Origin: a virus
Lineage: Duplodnaviria > Caudoviricetes
IMG/VR virus record: IMGVR_UViG_2595698595_000001
Coordinates: 1-64,000 of that record
Length of the DNA stretch: 64,000 nt
Direction: 5' to 3' (one strand)
The position numbers and the translations under genes are program-made. Below the pieces are notes generated by a model. The model was not told where the DNA came from, made no database searches, and saw nothing but the letters and a program-made list of their open reading frames with translations. Below are positions 56,873 to 64,000 of this stretch, piece after piece; position 1 is the stretch's first letter, and every line of letters starts with the position of its first letter.

Positions 56873-59077
56873 CTAAAACATATCCATTAAAGATTCAGCT
56901 GAGTCATCTATGTTACCCATACCATTCTTACGAATAGGTCTCCAAGTTTCATATTGATCGTTTTTAGGTTTTTCCAATCTTTCGTGTTCGATAGCGTAAT
57001 CCATGATTTCTTTCATTGGAGCATTATCCCTAATCCTATCTTCGATGTTCTTCTTAACTAATTCAGCTTCAGCTTTAACCATAGTTTCGTAAAGATTCTG
57101 TTTAGGAGTTTTAGGAGCGTCGAAATCGTATTCAGTAGGTTCTGCAACTTGTTGAGCTGATTGTAAAGCATGTTCCTTACTAAAGTAGAATATATCTTCT
57201 TGAGCATCATAAACGAAATTAGCTGGATCAACTAACGTTCCAACTGATTCTTGTTCAGCTTTAATCATTTCAGTAACCTTGATACTTATTCTTTCAAGAT
57301 ATTTCAAGTTTGGTTCGATAAGAGTTTCACTAAATCTACGATCCAATGAAGTATCTAAAAACTCATTAGCGAAATCTTTCCATTCTTGGAAGTCTTGTTC
57401 AAGATAATAAGAAAGGTTAACCATAGGCATAACCAAATCATCATGACCGGTTGTAGCTCTGTAACGACCTCTATCATCTTCACCAAATTCACGTATTTGA
57501 CTTATAGTAACTTCATCGGTTTCGATAAATGTCCTATCGTTAAGATACTTTTTGAAACGATTAACACCGATTCGTTTAGATGAAGCATTAACTCTTATAC
57601 CTTTTTCAGGTTTCGTAGCATCCTTCGATCTATAGAATTTAGCGAAAGTCTCAAATTCGATTTCTAAGTCTGGATAAATATCTTCAAGATACTCCATGTG
57701 AGTCATTAACTGATCACCATATTGATTTCGTTCGATAATCAATTTGACTTTCTCCTGATCCATTCTACTTACAAGTTTCATTATAACGTATGCGAAATCT
57801 TTAATATCGATAAGATTATCGTTAAAAACTCCAACATTAAGTAATGAAATATTATTCGATCTATTGTCTTGATCTATAACACCACCAAGTTTTGGCATCA
57901 TTTTATAGATTTTGATAGTACTGTAATCTTGACCAAGACCTTCAGAAACGTCTACAGATAAAACGAAATAATCTTGTGACAGATTGAAATCGAATAACTG
58001 AGTCCATTGGAAAGAATCATCAAAACCTGTTGCTAGATTATGATATCCTTTCCATTTGTAACCAACTTTCGATAAGTAGTTTATCGTATCCTGATTTAAT
58101 AGCTGTTTAACTTTAGCATCGAACGATAATGCATATTGTTGAGCAAAACCAGCATCACCTAAGTTAGCTTTCTCTTGAGCTACCCATTCCTCGTCACGTC
58201 CTGGAACTTCCCAGTAATCAACTCTAAACGGTACAAGTTTATTCTTTTTCTTTAAAGCACCGTCCCATAATTCCCAGTAATAATTCTTACCGTTTGGTGT
58301 TGAAGTCAGAAAGACTTTAGAATCTGGAATGGATGAAATAGTAGGATAAATGTTAATCCATACTTCGTAAGCGTTCTTAGCATATGCAACCTCATCCCAG
58401 AATATAACGTCTACAGTATAACCCTGAATACAGTCTGGACGTAAAGGTCTTGTAATAATCCTACAACCGTTATCGAATCCCATATCTTCAGCACCCCAAG
58501 ATGTTACTCCAGGTTTTAGGAAGAATGGAAGTGCACCGATAACACCTTTTACTTTACCGAAAATCTCTCCAGCGATTGTAGCACGTTGTGCAAGAATTGC
58601 TACAGTTTTATCAGTATGGAATAAACAGAACCAAACAATGTAAATTGCTGTAGTTGTTGTCTTACCAGTTTGACGTGCTTGTAGAACTATATTAAATCGT
58701 TCTTTTTGATATTGTGCAAGTAATTTCTTTTGATATGGTCTTAATTTGATTTTCGATACCTCTTTACCAGCTTTCAGATAAACATATTTCTCAGCGAAAT
58801 AGTTAATATCATCCATACATTTAAGTATCTCTTCAAGTTCTTCTTCAGTATACTGATAAACTAAGTTAGCGTTTCTAATACCTGGTTTACCACGATAAAA
58901 TGGTGAACCTCTGAAACCAACACCTTCATTTATACAGTTATATACGAAATCGATAGAACGGGATGACCATACAATCGAAGCATTCTCCTGTTCTTCCTTG
59001 GAATCGAAAGGAAGTCTAGGATCGAATGTCTTTATAGTTTCGATATGTTTAAGTTCGTTATTATTAGTATCTATCAT
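56873..59077 (-). CDS. Large terminase subunit (T4 gp17-like)
   Basis: LRPYQ, ARQTGKTT, IFWDEVAY, STPNG, VDVSEGLGQDYS, HDDLVM. Confidence 0.95.
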   Translation of the reverse strand: MIDTNNNELKHIETIKTFDPRLPFDSKEEQENASIVWSSRSIDFVYNCINEGVGFRGSPFYRGKPGIRNANLVYQYTEEELEEILKCMDDINYFAEKYVYLKAGKEVSKIKLRPYQKKLLAQYQKERFNIVLQARQTGKTTTTAIYIVWFCLFHTDKTVAILAQRATIAGEIFGKVKGVIGALPFFLKPGVTSWGAEDMGFDNGCRIITRPLRPDCIQGYTVDVIFWDEVAYAKNAYEVWINIYPTISSIPDSKVFLTSTPNGKNYYWELWDGALKKKNKLVPFRVDYWEVPGRDEEWVAQEKANLGDAGFAQQYALSFDAKVKQLLNQDTINYLSKVGYKWKGYHNLATGFDDSFQWTQLFDFNLSQDYFVLSVDVSEGLGQDYSTIKIYKMMPKLGGVIDQDNRSNNISLLNVGVFNDNLIDIKDFAYVIMKLVSRMDQEKVKLIIERNQYGDQLMTHMEYLEDIYPDLEIEFETFAKFYRSKDATKPEKGIRVNASSKRIGVNRFKKYLNDRTFIETDEVTISQIREFGEDDRGRYRATTGHDDLVMPMVNLSYYLEQDFQEWKDFANEFLDTSLDRRFSETLIEPNLKYLERISIKVTEMIKAEQESVGTLVDPANFVYDAQEDIFYFSKEHALQSAQQVAEPTEYDFDAPKTPKQNLYETMVKAEAELVKKNIEDRIRDNAPMKEIMDYAIEHERLEKPKNDQYETWRPIRKNGMGNIDDSAESLMDMF

Positions 59078-59101
59078 ATTTACATAAGATGGTCATTATA
59101 G

Positions 59102-59120
59102 TATGTATAAATGATACATA
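59102..59120. promoter_or_regulatory. Back-to-back late promoters
   Basis: TATACATA on minus strand 59102-59109 (terminase); GATACATA on plus strand 59113-59120. Confidence 0.7.
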
Positions 59121-59150
59121 TAATATTACTAATCATATTGCAATAGTTTC

Positions 59151-60851
59151 ATGATACCATACCCTCATAATCGAACTAACGATAATTCTATTAATTTCCA
59201 ATTCAATCAGAAACAAGAACGAATAGTTTATTTTGACTTATCGTTTGAAGATAGTTCTGATTTATTAGAATCGATAGATTTGATTTTTGATATCAAAGAG
59301 TTAAATGTTCAAATTCATTACGGATATAGCTTAGATTCTGACAATTGGTCTCAGTTTTATATAGACTTTCAGTTATTCAAATCACATGTTAATGAACAGA
59401 TAAATCAAGGTTTCGAAACCTTTATTCGTATCAAAATTAAAGTCGATAAAGAAGATGAACGAAACTATAATGTTCTAGCTAACAATTATGATACAGTAAT
59501 GATCGAACAGATCGATATCAATTCTAAGAAAGCTAGAATATCAAAAATTGAAGTACCGTTTGCAGATAATAGTATAATCAAAAGAAAGACTACTAATCTT
59601 TGGAAGCCTTATAATGGTATGGAGAAAGCTACAAAGATTTGGAAAAACATATCTTACGCTATTAACAACGTCGTTGGATTCTATGTTTGGTATTTCAAAG
59701 TTCAATCAGATAAATCAAATAGATCGATTTCGTTAAAGTCTTATCGTTTAAAGAATGTTTCTGATTTAAAGAAAATCAAGATTTTAATACCTGATAATGA
59801 AATACCTGATAACGCTAATATCTTTTCTGAATACGGAATAACATTTAACGATGAAATGACTTTCCATATCTTAGATGAAGTGTTTATCGAAGCTTTTACT
59901 AAAGAAGCTGGAGGTCCACAACAACACGATTTCTTGTATTTCCCTCTTACTAATAGAATGTATGAAGTTAATAATGCTTATCCAGTTAAGGAATTCATGC
60001 AAGAGTATGTAAAGTGGCAAGTTAGTCTAGTGAAATATGAAAAGTCTGATATCGTTAATCTAAAAACTGAAGACGATGAAACTGTTAGTTTCGAAGAACA
60101 AATAAACGAATGGATAAACTTTCAGGATAAGAATCTAGAACAAGTTGAATCGTTCGAAGAAATACAGAAATCGACTCCAGATTATTACAACATGGATGTT
60201 CTTGAAGCTACTAGATCAGCTTTACATAAGGACTTAGAAATCATAGAATATCCAATGTACAATAAAACCGTTAAATTGTTTTCTAACTGGTATAGATTAA
60301 GTATGGTTCCGAAAGATGAACTAGCTGTATCATACAAAGCTAGAAATACTAAACCTGACAATATTTCGATATCGTTTTGGATGTATCAAGAAACTAGAAG
60401 TTCTAAACCATTGTTCAAAACGAAATCAGATAAAGGTAATTCTTGGTTAGACTTAGATTTTAAGCAAGGTAAGATAGTTCTATCGATAAATGGAGTATCG
60501 TTATTAACTTCAAACGTTTCTATAGAATCTAAGAAGAAATATTGTATTTGCGTTAACTGGTCTAATCAGTATCAATACTGTTCTATGATTATCATGGAAT
60601 ATGATGATTCTACAAGAAGTATTACTAATATCGATACTGAAACTGTTACTGTAAGAAACTATACAGAACTTTTGAATTCGATAGAAATATTTGGTGGTCA
60701 ACATCTTATTTCAGCAATGACTTTAAGAAAACGTACAATTGACGAAGCTAACGCTAAAGAATTGTTATTAACGACACAACCTAATTCAGATGATGTAATA
60801 TTTCATGATAAATGTGATACAGTTGGTTCTGATATTAGATCGAGATTGTAA
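59151..60851 (+). CDS. Neck protein (T4 gp14-like) with extra domains
   Basis: PQQHDFLYFPLTNRMYEVN motif; LamG-like C-terminal region (NISISFWMY). Confidence 0.65.
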   Translation: MIPYPHNRTNDNSINFQFNQKQERIVYFDLSFEDSSDLLESIDLIFDIKELNVQIHYGYSLDSDNWSQFYIDFQLFKSHVNEQINQGFETFIRIKIKVDKEDERNYNVLANNYDTVMIEQIDINSKKARISKIEVPFADNSIIKRKTTNLWKPYNGMEKATKIWKNISYAINNVVGFYVWYFKVQSDKSNRSISLKSYRLKNVSDLKKIKILIPDNEIPDNANIFSEYGITFNDEMTFHILDEVFIEAFTKEAGGPQQHDFLYFPLTNRMYEVNNAYPVKEFMQEYVKWQVSLVKYEKSDIVNLKTEDDETVSFEEQINEWINFQDKNLEQVESFEEIQKSTPDYYNMDVLEATRSALHKDLEIIEYPMYNKTVKLFSNWYRLSMVPKDELAVSYKARNTKPDNISISFWMYQETRSSKPLFKTKSDKGNSWLDLDFKQGKIVLSINGVSLLTSNVSIESKKKYCICVNWSNQYQYCSMIIMEYDDSTRSITNIDTETVTVRNYTELLNSIEIFGGQHLISAMTLRKRTIDEANAKELLLTTQPNSDDVIFHDKCDTVGSDIRSRL

Positions 60852-60854
60852 TTT

Positions 60855-60862
60855 TATACATA
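60855..60862 (+). promoter_or_regulatory. Putative late promoter TATACATA
   Basis: Exact motif. Confidence 0.7.
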
Positions 60863-60899
60863 TTTTGGAAACAATTAAGAACGATACAAAAACTTAAAA

Positions 60900-61646
60900 A
60901 TGGCTAGAAAATATAAAGACGGAGACAATTTCGATACTGAGTACGGGGGATTATACGAAAACGAATTAGATGAATTAGCTAAATCTACACATAACGATCA
61001 ATTAGCTTCTTACAAACCTTTGAATATCGATACTGAAAATACTGTAATCAAGAACAAATCTAAAACGTTTGTTAACAGTATCGTTAAGATGTATTACAAG
61101 TTCAATGATGAAATCGAAGGATTGTATTACAACGAAGAAGATAAAGCTGAGGAAAACATGCTCAAGGAAATAGTAGCATCTATTGCGAATATTGAAGCTG
61201 ATAACCTAGATATCTTACTTAAACAAGTTAAATGGTCTTCGCATTTAGTTGAGACTTTAATGAGGCGATTAGAAACTGGTGGTAACATGGACCCAGATTT
61301 AATAGAACAAATCATGAAGGCTCAACAATCAGCATTGAATCTAACGTTAACTATATCTTCACATGTTCGTAATATTCCAACGTTCTTTAAACATCTTCAA
61401 AATGATATAATGAATAACGGTAATTCTGTAATGGATAATATGTTACCAATTCATGAATCTGGTGGTATGTTACAATTAGCTGAAGCTAGTGAAGTTCATG
61501 AAGCTATTTCAGAACCTTCGGAATTCGATATAGCTAAACCTCAACGTGGTATGAAGGATTTGATAGCTCAAGTTAACAAAGCTAAAGCTGAAGCTAGAAA
61601 AGAACATGGTGATGAAATAGATTTCGAAGATATTAAAAACGATTAA
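60900..61646 (+). CDS. Helical late protein, candidate small terminase
   Basis: Acidic alpha-helical protein near terminase, neck and sheath genes. Confidence 0.35.
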   Translation: MARKYKDGDNFDTEYGGLYENELDELAKSTHNDQLASYKPLNIDTENTVIKNKSKTFVNSIVKMYYKFNDEIEGLYYNEEDKAEENMLKEIVASIANIEADNLDILLKQVKWSSHLVETLMRRLETGGNMDPDLIEQIMKAQQSALNLTLTISSHVRNIPTFFKHLQNDIMNNGNSVMDNMLPIHESGGMLQLAEASEVHEAISEPSEFDIAKPQRGMKDLIAQVNKAKAEARKEHGDEIDFEDIKND

Positions 61647-61652
61647 AACGAT

Positions 61653-61660
61653 TATACATA
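61653..61660 (+). promoter_or_regulatory. Putative late promoter TATACATA
   Basis: TATACATATTCAAAC identical to copy at 7084. Confidence 0.75.
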
Positions 61661-61731
61661 TTCAAACATAAATTAGTAAACAACGTTGTAAGTATTACAT
61701 ACTGCTTACAGCATAACAACAAATAAAATCA

Positions 61732-64000
61732 ATGACAAATTTAGCAACTCAATTAGCACAAATTCAATTGATGGGGGCTGGTGTTTATCAATTAGTTGAT
61801 GACACTAATACACAGTTACCTCCTATCGCATCGAATGCTAGATTACGTTTCATTCCAATAAACATGAAACGTGGACCTATTAACTCGATCGTTTATTTTG
61901 AACAACGAGATTTCCAAGGTTTTAAAGATGTATTCGGTGACATTACTCGTAAAGATGAACGTCAAGGTAATTTCTCAGTTCGTACTTGTTTACAAGCTTT
62001 AGAAAATGGTCCAATTGTTGTTATGAACTTACGTAAGTTCGAAGCTGATACAGATAAGACAGAATTCCAAGGTCTTACTACAATGCTTACAACTCAATTA
62101 GTCGATCAAAACGATTCGAAAGCTAACGAAATCGAATTTTCAAAAATGTTCACTACTGACAGATTATGGACACCGAAACCTGAAGCATTATTAAACGTTA
62201 CTGATAGTAACTTGTTTATGATAGCAAATATTGGTTCTAAAAATCTTTCAGTTTTTGCAAGACGTTCACAAAATGCTGGATATCGTCAAACGATAGCAAA
62301 TTACTACAGTAATCAAAACCGTCCAGTTCCAGAATATTTGAATCCTCAGGATTTAATGATCGATACAATGGTTGAAATATTCGTATTTAATACCGATTTT
62401 TCTGACCCTGTTAAAAATCAAGCTTCTGAAACTTATGGACAATTCTTCGACGCTAACGGTTTAGTTCAAGAATATGTTACTAACACTGGTAATTTCGATG
62501 CATTACAATTACTTACGACTATAACAGAAGCTGGATTTGTTCAACGTTTCGAGGGTTCATTGATTCCAGGATCATTAGATGCTAACAAAAATCCTTTCTA
62601 TATTGAAGAACTTGTTAACGCTTCAGCTTTAGTAACTGGATTAATGTTGAAAGTCAATGATATAGCTTACGAAAACTATTCAGATTTCGAACCAGAATTC
62701 GATGCTAATGATGAACCAGTTTACGAAAATAACGCTTCTAAACGTCCATATCCAATCGATCTAGTCGGTCAAAACTTATTTGATATTGATGGTACTGGTT
62801 CGGTTGATGAAACTAAACTTACACCTACTATCAAAACTCTATCATATGATGGATATACTTTGACTAAAGGTGAAATTAAACGTAACACTGGTCAAGAATT
62901 AAGTTACGATTTAAGTGAATTCAATAGTGATGTTCTTAAAGTTCCTGTTTATACTGATGCTACAGTTTTCACAGCTGATCAATCTACTTTGATCTTACCT
63001 GATATGATTCCTGTAAACATCGGTGATAAATACATTGCAGTAAATGGTAACCTTTGTACAGTATTCGATATTAAGAACTATGGTTCTGTAAAAACTTTGA
63101 AAGGTCTTGGAACTCCTGGATTGGCTATTCAAGCTGATGGTACAGAATTCCCTAAGAACCCTCAAGGTCTTTACATCTATCCAGCAGGTTCATCTAAAGC
63201 TGGTGATTTAGTAACATTCGGTACTAATGGTTTACCTGAAGACGCTGATACTTCTGATGAAATTCCAGTTCCAACTTTAACTGAAGCACAATTCGAAACA
63301 TTATATACTAAATACGGTGCTCTTATCAACTTCTTAAAAGTTAGATTCGATGGTTTCGTTGAGAATGGTTACAATACACCTGCTACAGAAACTATAGAAG
63401 TTGTTAAATCTGATGACAATACTGAAGTTGAATTGAAAGAATCACGTGCATTCTTGTTACGTTCCGCAACTAATAAGGCTTCTTTGAAATCATTCAAATT
63501 AAAACCTTACAAAGCTAGACCTAGTCAGTTTACTAACGGTACTAACGAAAATCAAAAAGATGTATTATCAGTTTTAGGAATTCCTGGAATCGTTGCTGGT
63601 TTGAAAGCTATTCAAGAATCTGGAGTAATGAAATTCAGATATATTGTTGACGCATTCAAAACTTACATCGAACCAAATGCTAAATCTGAATTGGCTACTT
63701 TAGCACATCAAACTAATTCTAGAGCGATAGCTAACATGCCATTTATGAAAGACTTTAGTGATTCTAAAAATCCATATTTCAGAAACACTCCTCAGTCTGA
63801 TTTAGATTTATCGTTCATTCCTAAAGGTGGTAACAGAAATATAGCTTCTAACAATACGTTCTCTTTACCTAAAGATTACGCCGATAAGATTTGGTTCTTC
63901 GGACCTGGATTGAAAGCTAATCATTATGGTACAACTGTTATCGTTCCACCTGCTGGAGCTGTATCAAAAGCGTTTGTTAACAAGTTTATAGCTGGTCAAC
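61732..64000 (+). CDS. Tail sheath protein (T4 gp18-like), truncated by window end
   Basis: Open frame MTNLATQLAQIQLMGAGVYQ..KRGPINS..FKDVFG..; later FRYIVDAF and VPPAGAVS motifs. Confidence 0.8.
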   Translation, partial: MTNLATQLAQIQLMGAGVYQLVDDTNTQLPPIASNARLRFIPINMKRGPINSIVYFEQRDFQGFKDVFGDITRKDERQGNFSVRTCLQALENGPIVVMNLRKFEADTDKTEFQGLTTMLTTQLVDQNDSKANEIEFSKMFTTDRLWTPKPEALLNVTDSNLFMIANIGSKNLSVFARRSQNAGYRQTIANYYSNQNRPVPEYLNPQDLMIDTMVEIFVFNTDFSDPVKNQASETYGQFFDANGLVQEYVTNTGNFDALQLLTTITEAGFVQRFEGSLIPGSLDANKNPFYIEELVNASALVTGLMLKVNDIAYENYSDFEPEFDANDEPVYENNASKRPYPIDLVGQNLFDIDGTGSVDETKLTPTIKTLSYDGYTLTKGEIKRNTGQELSYDLSEFNSDVLKVPVYTDATVFTADQSTLILPDMIPVNIGDKYIAVNGNLCTVFDIKNYGSVKTLKGLGTPGLAIQADGTEFPKNPQGLYIYPAGSSKAGDLVTFGTNGLPEDADTSDEIPVPTLTEAQFETLYTKYGALINFLKVRFDGFVENGYNTPATETIEVVKSDDNTEVELKESRAFLLRSATNKASLKSFKLKPYKARPSQFTNGTNENQKDVLSVLGIPGIVAGLKAIQESGVMKFRYIVDAFKTYIEPNAKSELATLAHQTNSRAIANMPFMKDFSDSKNPYFRNTPQSDLDLSFIPKGGNRNIASNNTFSLPKDYADKIWFFGPGLKANHYGTTVIVPPAGAVSKAFVNKFIAGQ

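Noticed and set aside
84-61315. Short minus-strand ORFs in the track (for example 6638..7039, 29643..29939, 37459..37854) and plus-strand ORFs 8863..9045 and 57386..57583
   Set aside because: They overlap well-supported genes, lack motifs and look like shadow frames.
1-64000. Stop-codon reassignment
   Set aside because: Conserved genes are full length under code 11, and TAG and TGA act as terminal stops.
1-64000. Apparent excess of TCGA words
   Set aside because: Could reflect ATC/TTC followed by GAN codon usage; cannot be quantified without a k-mer count.

Overview
AT-rich (~30% GC by eye), densely coding, almost all plus-strand segment of a T4-like (myovirus) jumbo phage genome. A Bacteroidota/Flavobacteriia-type host is inferred from A-rich leaders without Shine-Dalgarno motifs, tRNAs lacking encoded CCA, and DUF5977- and DUF6717-like proteins. 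The window holds a phage sigma70-family factor, seven tRNA or tRNA-like genes, baseplate genes (gp25, gp6, gp7-like), a holin-like gene, nucleotide enzymes (ThyA with a large insertion, MazG-like NTP pyrophosphatase, dCMP deaminase, dNMP kinase), both type II topoisomerase subunits, a primase-SF2 helicase fusion, clamp loader, RNase H-like 5' nuclease, large terminase, a gp14-like neck protein and the start of the tail sheath. The most striking signals are non-coding. (i) A 142-nt tRNA-like RNA has a ~70-nt structured insert and ends a run of four CAT-anticodon genes. (ii) A promoter class TGAAAC-N17-TA(T/C)(A/T)AT repeatedly displays its -35 element in the loop of covarying hairpins or inside a perfect palindrome. 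(iii) A T4-like late motif TATACATA precedes structural genes. (iv) A perfect 20-bp hairpin buries the start codon of the holin-like gene and has the late motif in its loop. (v) A candidate late small RNA lies next to the terminase 3' end. All functional calls come from motif recognition by eye; no searches were run.
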